Assembly (NCBI GenBank): GCA_035710265.1
Contig: DASTDR010000331.1
Span: 2,750 to 66,749 of the forward strand
Direction: 5' to 3'
DNA: 64,000 bases
Origin: Gemmatimonadales bacterium
Lineage (GTDB): Bacteria > Gemmatimonadota > Gemmatimonadetes > Gemmatimonadales > GWC2-71-9
A model generated the notes under the pieces. The model ran no database searches, was not told the origin of the DNA, and was given only the letters and a program-made list of their open reading frames with translations. Of this stretch, positions 1 to 9,392 are shown one piece after another; position 1 is the stretch's first letter; the number at the start of each line of letters is the position of its first letter. The translations under genes were made by a program, and so were the position numbers.

Positions 1-225
1 AGACAGTCTCACTTGTGAGCACGACATTGCAGGCGGGCCGGCCCGCGGGCGAGCTGTTAGCGCTGCCGGGACAAGTCCGGGCGGAGATGGCGAAGGGCGT
101 TGGTCCGGCACAGGCGGCGGCCGGTCTGGCGCGCGCCGCCGCAGCGCAATCACACCGTGGCCCACCGCCGGGACGAGGCCAGCCACCGACCCGTCCTGCG
201 CCGCCGCCGCACCCCTAGAACCCCG

Positions 226-873
226 CTACTGCGGCAGGCCGTACACAACCGACAGCGTCAGCTCTTCGACGGTCTCGCGCAATCCATCGGCGTGCAGGGA
301 TTCCATCCCGTACCCCAGCCGTCCCCAGAAGCTGCTCGTCGCGCCAAACCGCATCTCGAGTCCGCCGCGGGTGCCTCGGCCGCCTGCCTTGATCGACGGG
401 TTCCCGACGTTGCCGGAGAACACGCCCCACAGCTCGACATAGGTCTGCAGGCGTCCGGGGAGCAAGGTGCCGCGTGCCGTCGCCCGGCCCGTCCAGACCA
501 TCCAGCGCTGATCGCTTTCCCCCATCGTAGAGGCGCGCGCGCTCGGGCCTACCCACAGTGACAGCCACGGCAGCGTGCGCACACCGAACAGTGCTTCGCC
601 GCTCACGACATCGCGCGATTCATCCGTGGCGCCCGACTTCGGCTTGATGCTTCCCTCGCCGTAACGAACCCGCACCATGAGGCGATCGCTGACGAGCACG
701 CCCTCGACGCCAAGCAGCCCGCCGGTGAGCCGATCATTCACGTCCGCGACCTGACTCTGGACGAGCTGCTGGCCCGCAAATCCGGTGACGCTGAACCGCA
801 CGCGACGGTCTTCCTGCGCCCGCAGCGCGGCGGGGAGCATGGCCAGGATGAGCAGGACGCCGAAGCATTTCAT
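226..873 (-). CDS. putative outer-membrane beta-barrel-like secreted protein (family not recognised)
   Basis: 215-aa ORF with a signal peptide MKCFGVLLILAMLPAALRAQ. The rest has an alternating-polarity, beta-strand-like pattern. It overlaps the upstream gene by 4 nt (870-873). Confidence 0.6.
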   Translation of the reverse strand: MKCFGVLLILAMLPAALRAQEDRRVRFSVTGFAGQQLVQSQVADVNDRLTGGLLGVEGVLVSDRLMVRVRYGEGSIKPKSGATDESRDVVSGEALFGVRTLPWLSLWVGPSARASTMGESDQRWMVWTGRATARGTLLPGRLQTYVELWGVFSGNVGNPSIKAGGRGTRGGLEMRFGATSSFWGRLGYGMESLHADGLRETVEELTLSVVYGLPQ

Positions 874-1943
874 GGCGTCTCCGATGTCACCAGCGACGGA
901 GCGCCGGGTCGGATGATCATGCGCGACTGCCGCATCCGGTCGGCGTTGCGACGGGCGATCTCTTGCGAGTTGCGCTGCCAGGTCTCGCGCAGGTTGCGGT
1001 TGTACCGCTCATTCTCGGGCAGCCGCCGGCCGGGATGGTGCGAGAAGAACGCCGCGATTCCTGCGATCGTCACGGCGCCGCCCACCACCAACCGGGCCTT
1101 GCTGGCATCCTCGCCCGACGCGACGACGTTCGGCAGCGCCACAATCGCGACACCCGCGACCAGACCGGGAATCAGCGCGCGCACGGCTGCGGAGGAGTTG
1201 CCGCGCTCGGGTCGGAACAACGAATCGGGCGGCGCGGGCGGGAGCGGAGCAGTATCAACCGAGGGCCGAGCGAGCTCGATGGGCAGGCGCAGCGTCCAGG
1301 TTCCGGCGCTGGCCGGGCCAGCGCGCCCCCCCCGCTCGCGCGGGGTCACGACGATCATGTAGCGGCCTGCGGCCGGGACATTGCCCGAGCCGTCGAGCCC
1401 GTTCCAGCGCACATCCACACTATCCCGGATGGTTCCTGAGAAGATCGTCCGGAGCACGCGGCCATCGGCATTCAGCACGTTAGCCGTGACTTCCGGAGCG
1501 GTAGACGACCCAAGCCGCACGACGAACGTCTCCGCCCCGGGCCGGATTGCGGTGTCGCCCGAAGCCCGGATCGACACGCTTGGCGCGGTGCGGCGCGCTT
1601 CCTGGTACACCGCGGCGACGGACTGCGGGAAGCTCTCGTCGGGCCGGTAGCGCGGATCCAGCAGGATCAGGCGGCGCGCCGCGGCGAGCGCAGAGTCGCG
1701 CTGATTCCGCGCCACCTCGGTGGCCGTGAGGAACATCAGCGCGCGCGCCGTACCGGCGTTGGAGAGTGCATCGGCGCCCTCGGCAGCGAGGGCGCGGCGC
1801 AGCAGCCACGCGCCGCCGTCGTATTCACGGACTTGATACGCGCGGACACCTTGGTCGAGCAGGGCGTTGGCGGATTGGGCGCGGGCCTGGGCCGGCGCGA
1901 GCAGCGCGCACGCGACCAGACCGGCGGCTAGGACTCGATTCAC
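870..1943 (-). CDS. secreted, C-terminally membrane-anchored protein with a TPR-like domain and a FlgD-Ig-like segment
   Basis: The ORF track gives 870..2153. A GTG at 1943, preceded by GGAAGGAG, starts a clean signal peptide VNRVLAAGLVACALLAPAQARAQ. There is a helical N-domain, an Ig-like segment (GRYMIVVTPRE) and a C-terminal TM helix ALIPGLVAGVAIVALPNVV followed by a basic tail. Confidence 0.65.
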   Translation of the reverse strand: MNRVLAAGLVACALLAPAQARAQSANALLDQGVRAYQVREYDGGAWLLRRALAAEGADALSNAGTARALMFLTATEVARNQRDSALAAARRLILLDPRYRPDESFPQSVAAVYQEARRTAPSVSIRASGDTAIRPGAETFVVRLGSSTAPEVTANVLNADGRVLRTIFSGTIRDSVDVRWNGLDGSGNVPAAGRYMIVVTPRERGGRAGPASAGTWTLRLPIELARPSVDTAPLPPAPPDSLFRPERGNSSAAVRALIPGLVAGVAIVALPNVVASGEDASKARLVVGGAVTIAGIAAFFSHHPGRRLPENERYNRNLRETWQRNSQEIARRNADRMRQSRMIIRPGAPSLVTSETP

Positions 1944-1956
1944 GCGGATCTCCTTC

Positions 1957-4011
1957 CTACTGCTTTCTCGGCGGGCTACCGCCGGGCGTCGCGACGTTGA
2001 AGTCCGCGGCGCTCTCTGCGTTGTTGCCGAACTGCGTCCACGTACCACAGCGACCGGTGACGTCGCATGCGCGGGCCTGCCAATGAAATCCCGTGCCGGT
2101 GGCCAGATTGCTGGCCCGGACCGAGATGGTGGAGCCGCGGGGGGCGAAGTCACTGATCTGGGTCGGCGCGCCGCTGAACGGCTGGCTCAGCGGACGCAGC
2201 TCGACTTCGAACCGAACCGTTTGCGTGGCGTTCGGATCATCCACCTTGCCGCGAATCACGACCTCGGTTTCGGGAATCGTTTCGCCAACACCGATCTGCG
2301 TGCTGCCGTCGTTCCGGAGCTGCCGCAGCTCACGCGCTTCCGACGGAGCCCGCTCGCGGATCAGTGTCAGCGTGAGCTGTCCCGCCGCTCCCGGCGCTGT
2401 GCTGGTCGCCTCGATGAGGTAGTGGCCGCTCGAGTTGATCGGATAATCCATGATGCAGGCCGTGCCGAATTCGCCCGGACACTCGTCATTCTGCGCCAGC
2501 ACGTTGCCGGCCCCGTCGGTGAAGATCAGGTACGCGTTAAACTCGGCCGTCATCCGGATCGAAATCACATCGCCGGCGCTCGCGTTGAAGCCGTAGAGGT
2601 TGGCGAAGCTCCCAGGGCGGTGCGGCGCGTCGCAATCGCTTGCGCTCAGTGTTCCCGTCCGCACGACGTCGGGATCGAGCGAGTCCTCGTTGCAGCCCTT
2701 CTTCGTGATCGTGAGCTGGACCGGCACGACGACCGGACTGCCCACGGCGCCGGGCGCCGACACCGTCACTTGTCCGGTGTAGGTGCCAGCGGCGAGCCCG
2801 CGCGGGTCGACCCTGACGCGCAGCGTCGACGGAGCCAGGCCGGCCAGGGGGCTGAGCGAGATCCACGACGCATCCGCGCCGGCAAACCAGGCGAGCGTTC
2901 CGCCGCCCGAATTCGAGATCGCCAGATCGAAGTCCTGCTGGTCGTTGGCCCGCTCCTCCGCGGTCGCGCTGATCGACGGCGGCGACACATTGAGTCCAGG
3001 CTGCGTGATACCGAATGTCACGGGCACCTTGACGGACCCGTTCGTCGCTTCAGGCGACGTGAATACGATCGTGTCGCTGTAGATGCCCGGCGGCAGCCCG
3101 TTGGGGTCGAGCGTGACGACGACATCCTCGGGCGCGCCGCCCGCGGTCTTGGAGAGGCCGACCCACGGCTGCGTCTTGCTCGCTGTCCACGTAACCGAGC
3201 CATTCCCGGAGTTGGTCACGCGCAGCGTCCGCGTGCTCGGTGCCGTGGTCCCTGCCGGGACGGTGTCGCCGATCGAGCTGGGGCTGACGGCGAGACCGGG
3301 GGCAAGCACCGTCAGGGTGACGCTCACGTGTGCCGGGCTGCCGAGCGCGCCTGGCGCGCTGATCACGATGTCCTCGGTGTACGTGCCACGCTCGAGTCCC
3401 GCGCTGTTGATCGTCACGCCGAGCGAAGCGTCGCCGTTCCCGGACGTCGCATTGAGCGAGAGCCACGATCTGTCCTCGCTCGCAATCCAATCAAGCCGGC
3501 CGGTGCCGCTGTTGATGATCTGAATCGTCTCGTTGAACACTGCGCCGCTGCCGAGGCTGGTGGAGCGGGTGATGGTGGTCGGACTGACATTCAGGCCGGG
3601 GCGCTGAACCACGAACGTCACGGGAATGATCGTGACCTGGGTATCCGCGGCGCTCCTGGCGGTGACGGTCACATCGGCCTCGTAGGTGCCGGGGCCGAGG
3701 TCATCCGGATCGAGCGTGATTGTGAGCGTTCCGGGCACATCGCCTTCGCTCGGCTCGAGCCTGATCCAGGCGGACCGGTCGGATGCCGTCCAGGTGAAGG
3801 TCCCGCCGCCGTCGTTCGTGATCGCCACGTGTGCCTGCCGCGTCTCGTTCGAATGCGCGCGCGCGGTATCCTCGATTGCGGTCGGCGTCACGGTCAGCAC
3901 CGGGCGCGGCAGGTTCGTTGGCTTGAGCAGCATGTCCAGCCGGCAGGCGACCGACAGCGCGAGCAGTGCCAGGGAGCCGAGCAGGTACGGATGACGCAGA
4001 CGATGGCGCAT
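1957..4011 (-). CDS. surface lipoprotein with four BACON-like Ig repeats, a PPC-like domain and a C-terminal beta domain
   Basis: 684 aa with a lipobox-type signal (LLALSVAC). Four tandem repeats of about 100 aa share the pattern N.G.G.L.W.A..D..WI.L.P..G...L.V.VDP..L..GTY...V.V.A. They are followed by a Cys-containing jelly-roll-like segment (SASDCDAPHRPGSFANLYGFNASAGDVISIRM). It shares 1 nt with the upstream gene at 4011. Confidence 0.85.
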   Translation of the reverse strand: MRHRLRHPYLLGSLALLALSVACRLDMLLKPTNLPRPVLTVTPTAIEDTARAHSNETRQAHVAITNDGGGTFTWTASDRSAWIRLEPSEGDVPGTLTITLDPDDLGPGTYEADVTVTARSAADTQVTIIPVTFVVQRPGLNVSPTTITRSTSLGSGAVFNETIQIINSGTGRLDWIASEDRSWLSLNATSGNGDASLGVTINSAGLERGTYTEDIVISAPGALGSPAHVSVTLTVLAPGLAVSPSSIGDTVPAGTTAPSTRTLRVTNSGNGSVTWTASKTQPWVGLSKTAGGAPEDVVVTLDPNGLPPGIYSDTIVFTSPEATNGSVKVPVTFGITQPGLNVSPPSISATAEERANDQQDFDLAISNSGGGTLAWFAGADASWISLSPLAGLAPSTLRVRVDPRGLAAGTYTGQVTVSAPGAVGSPVVVPVQLTITKKGCNEDSLDPDVVRTGTLSASDCDAPHRPGSFANLYGFNASAGDVISIRMTAEFNAYLIFTDGAGNVLAQNDECPGEFGTACIMDYPINSSGHYLIEATSTAPGAAGQLTLTLIRERAPSEARELRQLRNDGSTQIGVGETIPETEVVIRGKVDDPNATQTVRFEVELRPLSQPFSGAPTQISDFAPRGSTISVRASNLATGTGFHWQARACDVTGRCGTWTQFGNNAESAADFNVATPGGSPPRKQ
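2700..3900 (-). repeat. four tandem ~300-nt coding repeats (BACON-like Ig domains); boundaries approximate
   Basis: The protein-level repeats start at VLTVTPTAI.., LNVSPTTIT.., LAVSPSSIG.. and LNVSPPSIS.. Each ends with ..V.V.L.V..PG. Confidence 0.7.
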
Positions 4012-4838
4012 CAGGGTGTACCGGAATCATCGTCACCGCCACCGCGGCGGCGACGCATGGTCACTTCGATCTTCTGCGGGCTGTTCTTCGCGCCGGGAGA
4101 CGTGATGATGATCGTCTCCTTGTGGGTCCCGAAATAGGACAATCCCTCGTTGCTGGCTCTGATCGCCAGCGCGCTCGGCGCCGTACCGGTGGTATCGCTT
4201 TCGAACGTCAGCCAGCCGGCGTGATCCTCAGTGGACGCGAACCAGACGAGCGGTCCCGTACCTTCGTTCGTCACGTAGATCGTGTCGTGGTACACGGTGT
4301 TGCTGGTGCTGGGCCGAAAATCGAAATGGCCGGGGTCGACCTCGAGGACCGGCTGTTGAATCAGGAAGTTGACGAACACCATGGCCTGATTGTCTGCGTC
4401 GTCGTCCTCTCGCAGCGTTACGGCGCCGCGGTGCAGTCCGGGCGTCAGCTCCTTGGGGTTGAGCGAGACCTTGAGGGTCGCGCGCGACCCGCCGCTGGCG
4501 GGAGACACGTGAATCCAGTCGTCGTCGGTGCTGGCCGCCCACCGGCCACCGTTCGTGACGGAGACATCCGTCTCGCGCGGCGTGCTGGTCCCGGCGATGG
4601 CGGAGTCACGCACCAGCGATGGAACGACAATGATCACGCCGCCGCCGTCGCCGCCCGCCCCGGTGCTGGCGCTGCTCAGTAACTTGCTGATGTGGCAACC
4701 ATTTACAGCGAGACCACTGAGCAGCACCACAAAGGCTGCCGCCAATGACACGACGACGGGCCCGAACCAATGCTGGGTCCTGCGAGGGGTAGCTCTCATC
4801 CGCTTGTCCAAAGGGGTGGAGAGCAATAAGCGGGCCAA
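4011..4838 (-). CDS. membrane-anchored protein with two BACON-like Ig repeats
   Basis: 275 aa with an N-terminal TM/signal anchor (GPVVVSLAAAFVVLLSGLAV). It carries two repeats of the same type as the downstream gene (..VSVTNGGRWAASTDDDWIHVSP.. and ..IYVTNEGTGPLVWFASTEDHAGWLTF..). The start could be the internal Met 13 codons downstream. Confidence 0.8.
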   Translation of the reverse strand: MARLLLSTPLDKRMRATPRRTQHWFGPVVVSLAAAFVVLLSGLAVNGCHISKLLSSASTGAGGDGGGVIIVVPSLVRDSAIAGTSTPRETDVSVTNGGRWAASTDDDWIHVSPASGGSRATLKVSLNPKELTPGLHRGAVTLREDDDADNQAMVFVNFLIQQPVLEVDPGHFDFRPSTSNTVYHDTIYVTNEGTGPLVWFASTEDHAGWLTFESDTTGTAPSALAIRASNEGLSYFGTHKETIIITSPGAKNSPQKIEVTMRRRRGGGDDDSGTP

Positions 4839-4959
4839 GTACCGGAAGGCTGTAAAACCCCCGATCGCCTCGAATTTGGGCTTCCGGCGGCTCGACGCTG
4901 CGCGCGAATTGAAGCGCGCTACCGAAGGGGTTAAGTTTCCCGAACAACAGTCGCAGTCC

Positions 4960-5010
4960 GTGGTGAGTTGCGGCCTATTGCAGCCACGTTAAACAAGTCG
5001 CTAAAAAGCC
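4960..5010 (+). promoter_or_regulatory. candidate SAM-II-like (H-type pseudoknot) riboswitch aptamer in the metH leader
   Basis: P1 is GUGGU (4960-4964) paired with GCCAC (4983-4987). The loop is U-rich and contains GCGGCCUAUU. The 3' tail UUAAACAAGUCGCUAAAAAGCC can pair back to the loop GGC. From memory this resembles the conserved ..GCAGCCAC..AAAG..CGCUAAAAAGC core of SAM-II. It has not been verified with a covariance model. Confidence 0.4.
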
Positions 5011-5018
5011 GGGGGTAT

Positions 5019-5055
5019 CCCCCTCGTCCGTATTGGCGACGGGGGCTTTTTTTTT
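5019..5055 (+). terminator. intrinsic terminator / expression platform immediately upstream of the metH start codon
   Basis: CCCCCUCG (5019-5026) pairs with CGACGGGGG (5037-5045) with one bulge, followed by C and a U9 run (5047-5055). The competing hairpin is GGGGG (5011-5015) paired with CCCCC (5019-5023). The metH ATG lies 4 nt after the U tract. Confidence 0.6.
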
Positions 5056-5058
5056 AGA

Positions 5059-8000
5059 ATGACGGACCGAACGCAACGTCTCACCGCCCTTCGCGCTGGC
5101 GTAGCACAGCGCATCCTCGTCCTCGACGGCGCCATGGGGACGATGATCCAGTCGTACGCCCTGGACGAAAAGGACTTTCGCGGTGACCGGCTGCGCGCGC
5201 ATCCCAAGGACCTGCGCGGCAACAACGACCTGCTCACCCTCACCCGCCCCGACGTCATCGCGGAAATCCATCGTGGCTACCTCGAGGCGGGGGCCGATCT
5301 GCTCGAGACCAACACCTTCAACGCGCAGGTGATCTCACAGAGCGACTACGGGACTGAAGCGCTGGTATACGAGCTGAATGTGGCCGCGGCGCGGCTCGCC
5401 CGCCGCGAGGCCGACGCCATGACGGCGCGAACGCCTGAGCGGCCGCGCTTCGTGGTCGGCGTCCTCGGGCCGACGAACCGCACGGCATCGCTCTCGCCTG
5501 ACGTGAACGACCCCGGTTTCCGTAGCGTCACCTTCGCGCAGCTGGTCGCCGCCTATCGCACCCAGGCCGAAGGCCTGCTCGAGGGGGGGGCGGACCTCCT
5601 CATGGTCGAGACGGTCTTCGACACGCTGAATTGCAAGGCCGCGCTATTCTCGGTGCGCAGCTTCCTGGACGAACGCGGGCTCGACGTCCCACTGATGGTG
5701 TCGGGCACGATCACCGACGCGAGCGGCCGGACGCTGTCGGGGCAGACGGTCGAGGCGTTCTGGAACTCGGTACGCCACGCCGATCTGTTCACGGTCGGCC
5801 TGAACTGCGCGCTGGGGGCCGCGCAGCTGCGGCCCTACGTCGAGGAGCTGTCGCGTCTCGCAAACATCCGCGTCAGCTGCCATCCCAACGCCGGTCTACC
5901 GAACGCGTTTGGCGGCTACGACCAAACGGCGGCCGAGATGGCCGCGCTGCTCGGTGACTTCGCTCGATCGGGGTTCGTCAACATCGTCGGCGGCTGTTGC
6001 GGTACGACGCCGGCGCACATTCGGGCGCTCGCCGACGCGGTGGCGGGCGTACCACCCCGCGTCCTGCCGGAGGTCGCGCCGATCTGCCGACTGTCGGGAC
6101 TCGAGCCCCTGAACATCCGGCCCGACACACTGTTCGTGAACATCGGCGAGCGCACGAATGTGACCGGCTCGTCGCGGTTCGCCGGTCTGATCAAAGCGGG
6201 GAACTACGAGGCCGGGCTCGAGGTCGCGCGTCACCAGGTCGAGAACGGCGCGCAGATCATTGATGTGAACATGGACGAGGGGATGCTCGACGCCTCGGCT
6301 GCGATGGAGCGGTTCCTGCGGCTCGTTGCTGCGGAGCCGGACATCGCCAAAGTACCGGTGATGGTGGATTCCTCGCGCTGGGACGCGCTCGAGGTCGGGC
6401 TCCAGAATCTCCAGGGGAAGGGGATCGTCAACTCGATCAGTCTCAAGGAAGGCGAGGCGGAGTTCCTCGCCAAGGCGCGGCTGGTGCGTCGCTACGGCGC
6501 CGCGGTCGTGGTGATGGCGTTCGACGAGCAGGGCCAGGCCGACACCGCGGACCGCAAGGTGGCGATCTGTACGCGGGCGTACCGTCTCCTGACCGAGCAG
6601 GTCGGATTCCCGCCTGAGGACATCATTTTTGATCCCAACATCTTCGCGGTGGCGACCGGGATCGAAGAACACAACACGTACGCCATCGCGTACCTCGATG
6701 CCGTCCGCCGGATCAAGGAGACCTTGCCGCGCGCCCTGGTGAGCGGCGGCGTGAGCAATCTGTCGTTCGCGTTCCGCGGCAGCGCTCACGTCCGAGAGGC
6801 GATGCACTCGGCGTTTCTGTACCACGCGATCAAGGCGGGTATGGACATGGGCATCGTCAACGCTGCGCAGCTCACCGTCTATGAAGACATCCCGCCCGAC
6901 GTGCTCGTGCTGGTCGAGGATGTCCTGTTCAACCGCCGTCCCGACGCCACCGAGCGCCTGACCGCGCTTGCCGAGCAGCACCGCGAGAGCACGGTCGTCA
7001 CACGAGCCGATGCCGCGTGGCGTTCGCTGCCGGTGATCGAGCGTCTGCGCCACGCGCTGGTCGAAGGCATCATGGACCACGTTGAGGCCGACGTTGAAGA
7101 GGCACGGCGCAAAGCCGCTCAGCCGATCGACGTCATCGAAGGTCCGCTGATGGACGGCATGAACGTCGTGGGCGATCTGTTCGGCGCGGGCAAGATGTTC
7201 TTGCCGCAGGTCGTAAAGAGCGCTCGCGTGATGAAGAAAGCGGTCGCCTACCTCGTGCCGTTTCTCGAGGCGGAGCAACGCGCCGCCGGTGGAGTGCGGC
7301 GCGCCGGCAAGGTCGTGCTGGCCACGGTCAAGGGAGACGTGCACGACATCGGCAAGAACATCGTGGGCGTGGTGCTGCGCTGTAACAACTATGAAGTGAT
7401 CGACCTCGGCGTGATGGTGCCGGCGCAGACGATTCTCGACACGGCGCGCACGGAAGGCGCCGACGTGATCGGCCTGTCGGGTCTGATCACGCCCTCGCTC
7501 GACGAGATGGTACGGGTCGGCAAGGAGATGAGCCGTCAGGGGTTTACGCTGCCGCTGCTCATCGGCGGCGCGACGACGTCGCGGGCGCACACAGCGGTCA
7601 AGATCGCACCGGGCTACACCGGCCCGACGATTCACGTGCTCGATGCATCCCGCGGCGTGGGCGTCGTCAGCCAGCTGCTCTCGGCCGAGCGCCGCGACGC
7701 CTACTTGGGCGAGGTCGGCGCCGAGTACGAGCGTCTGCGCGCCGAACACGGGTCGCGCGATGCCGACCGCGTGATCCTGCCGCTCGCCGAGGCGCGGCGG
7801 CGGCGTCTGCAGCTCGACTGGTCCGCGTACGAGCCGGCCCGGCCCTGCAGCCCGGGGATCACCGCGTTCGACGACTACCCGCTCGCTGAGCTCGTCCCGT
7901 ACATCGACTGGACGCCGTTCTTCCAGGCGTGGGAGTTGAAGGGGAGCTACCCGGCGATTCTGGAAGATTCGACGGTCGGCGATGCCGCCAAGAAGCTCTT

Positions 8001-8757
8001 CGCCGATGCGCAGGTGCTCCTCAAGCGTTTCGTGGCCGAGCGGCTCGTGCGGGCGCGAGCGGTGTTCGGCCTCTTTCCCGCGAACACGGTCGGGAACGAC
8101 GACATCGAGGTTTACGCCGGCGAGGATCGCTCGCGCGTGCGTGCGGTGTTGCGCGGCCTGCGCCAGCAGATGGAGAAGGGCCCTGGTCGCCCAAATCTCT
8201 GCCTCGCGGACTACATCGCCCCTAAGGACAGCGGCAAGCGCGACTGGGTGGGCGCGTTCGCCGTCACGGCGGGGATCGGCCTCGACGCGGTGTGCGCCGC
8301 GTTCGAGAAGGACAACGACGATTACTCGAGCATCCTGGCGAAAGCGTTGGCCGACCGCTTGACCGAAGCGCTCGCCGAGCGGCTGCACGAGCGTGTGCGG
8401 ACGGAGTTGTGGGGGTACGCACCCGATGAGCGGAACGACGTCGCGACGCTCGTGGCGGAGCGGTACCGCGGGATTCGCCCGGCACCGGGGTACCCCGCGT
8501 GTCCCGACCACACCGAGAAGCGGACGCTCTTCGACTTGCTCGACGTGACAGGCGCCACGGGCATCACGCTGACGGAGTCGTGCGCGATGCTGCCTGCGGC
8601 GTCGGTGTCGGGCTGGTACTTCGCGCATCCGGACGCCAAGTACTTCGGCCTGGGGCGCATCGGACAGGATCAGGCGACGGACTACGCTGCTCGCAAAGGC
8701 ATGACCACGGAGGAAGTGGAGCGGTGGCTGGCGGCGAACTTGGCGTACACGCCGTGA
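5059..8757 (+). CDS. metH: cobalamin-dependent methionine synthase
   Basis: 1232 aa with the full MetH architecture. It has an N-terminal homocysteine S-methyltransferase domain, a pterin-binding domain, a B12-binding motif ([11 protein letters not shown]) and a C-terminal AdoMet-activation domain (..[12 protein letters not shown]..). Confidence 0.97.
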   Translation: MTDRTQRLTALRAGVAQRILVLDGAMGTMIQSYALDEKDFRGDRLRAHPKDLRGNNDLLTLTRPDVIAEIHRGYLEAGADLLETNTFNAQVISQSDYGTEALVYELNVAAARLARREADAMTARTPERPRFVVGVLGPTNRTASLSPDVNDPGFRSVTFAQLVAAYRTQAEGLLEGGADLLMVETVFDTLNCKAALFSVRSFLDERGLDVPLMVSGTITDASGRTLSGQTVEAFWNSVRHADLFTVGLNCALGAAQLRPYVEELSRLANIRVSCHPNAGLPNAFGGYDQTAAEMAALLGDFARSGFVNIVGGCCGTTPAHIRALADAVAGVPPRVLPEVAPICRLSGLEPLNIRPDTLFVNIGERTNVTGSSRFAGLIKAGNYEAGLEVARHQVENGAQIIDVNMDEGMLDASAAMERFLRLVAAEPDIAKVPVMVDSSRWDALEVGLQNLQGKGIVNSISLKEGEAEFLAKARLVRRYGAAVVVMAFDEQGQADTADRKVAICTRAYRLLTEQVGFPPEDIIFDPNIFAVATGIEEHNTYAIAYLDAVRRIKETLPRALVSGGVSNLSFAFRGSAHVREAMHSAFLYHAIKAGMDMGIVNAAQLTVYEDIPPDVLVLVEDVLFNRRPDATERLTALAEQHRESTVVTRADAAWRSLPVIERLRHALVEGIMDHVEADVEEARRKAAQPIDVIEGPLMDGMNVVGDLFGAGKMFLPQVVKSARVMKKAVAYLVPFLEAEQRAAGGVRRAGKVVLATVKGDVHDIGKNIVGVVLRCNNYEVIDLGVMVPAQTILDTARTEGADVIGLSGLITPSLDEMVRVGKEMSRQGFTLPLLIGGATTSRAHTAVKIAPGYTGPTIHVLDASRGVGVVSQLLSAERRDAYLGEVGAEYERLRAEHGSRDADRVILPLAEARRRRLQLDWSAYEPARPCSPGITAFDDYPLAELVPYIDWTPFFQAWELKGSYPAILEDSTVGDAAKKLFADAQVLLKRFVAERLVRARAVFGLFPANTVGNDDIEVYAGEDRSRVRAVLRGLRQQMEKGPGRPNLCLADYIAPKDSGKRDWVGAFAVTAGIGLDAVCAAFEKDNDDYSSILAKALADRLTEALAERLHERVRTELWGYAPDERNDVATLVAERYRGIRPAPGYPACPDHTEKRTLFDLLDVTGATGITLTESCAMLPAASVSGWYFAHPDAKYFGLGRIGQDQATDYAARKGMTTEEVERWLAANLAYTP

Positions 8758-8774
8758 GGCTTTAGGTTGGGCTC

Positions 8775-9392
8775 ATGAGTCATGCTGAGATCCGCATCAC
8801 CGCAGAGCCGGTGGACAATCACCGCTGCAAGTTCGTCGTGAGCCAGCCGCTGCACGCGGCGGGCGTACGGCGCTTCGGGTCCGCCGACGAGGCGAAGGGA
8901 TCGCCGCTGGCGGAAGCGATCTTCGCGATTCCCGCAGGCGGCGTCACCGAGGTGATCGTTTCGAGCAACATCGTCACGGTCGTCAAGGACAATCCCGCGC
9001 CGTGGCAGACAGTGGGGAAGGCGGTCGGCGCGGCGATTCGCGCGGCGGCCGCGTCTGGCATCCCTCCGGTGGCCGCGAAGGCCGCCCCCACCACCGCGGC
9101 CGGCACCGTCGACGATGACGCGCTGTACGAGCAGGTCGCCAAGGTGTTCGAAGAGCAGGTGAACCCGATGGTCGCACGCCACGGCGGTCGCGTCGAGCTG
9201 ATCGACGTGCAGGACGCCGTCGTGATGCTGCGCATGGGCGGCGGATGCCAGGGGTGCGGCATGGCGGACGTCACGTTGCGCCAGGGGATCGAAGGGATGC
9301 TCGCGCAGCTGGTCCCCGACGTGCGCGGCATCGTCGACATCACCGATCACACCACGGGCTCCAACCCCTACTTCCAGGCCTCCAAGAAATAG
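8775..9392 (+). CDS. nfu: Nfu/NifU-type Fe-S cluster scaffold or carrier (Nfu_N plus NifU C-terminal domain)
   Basis: 205 aa. The C-terminal segment LIDVQDAVVMLRMGGGCQGCGMADVTLRQGIE carries the CxxC NifU motif. Confidence 0.85.
   Translation: MSHAEIRITAEPVDNHRCKFVVSQPLHAAGVRRFGSADEAKGSPLAEAIFAIPAGGVTEVIVSSNIVTVVKDNPAPWQTVGKAVGAAIRAAAASGIPPVAAKAAPTTAAGTVDDDALYEQVAKVFEEQVNPMVARHGGRVELIDVQDAVVMLRMGGGCQGCGMADVTLRQGIEGMLAQLVPDVRGIVDITDHTTGSNPYFQASKK

Noticed and set aside
1867-4137. 756-aa + strand ORF across the BACON-repeat genes
   Set aside because: It is antisense to two genes with clear signal peptides and domain repeats. Its composition is dominated by Arg, Ala and Gly with no motifs.
5896-8628. 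910-aa ORF antisense to metH
   Set aside because: It lies entirely inside the unambiguous metH gene on the other strand. It is Arg/Asp/His/Gly-rich, has no recognisable motif and shows the inverted codon-position GC pattern typical of antisense frames in high-GC DNA.
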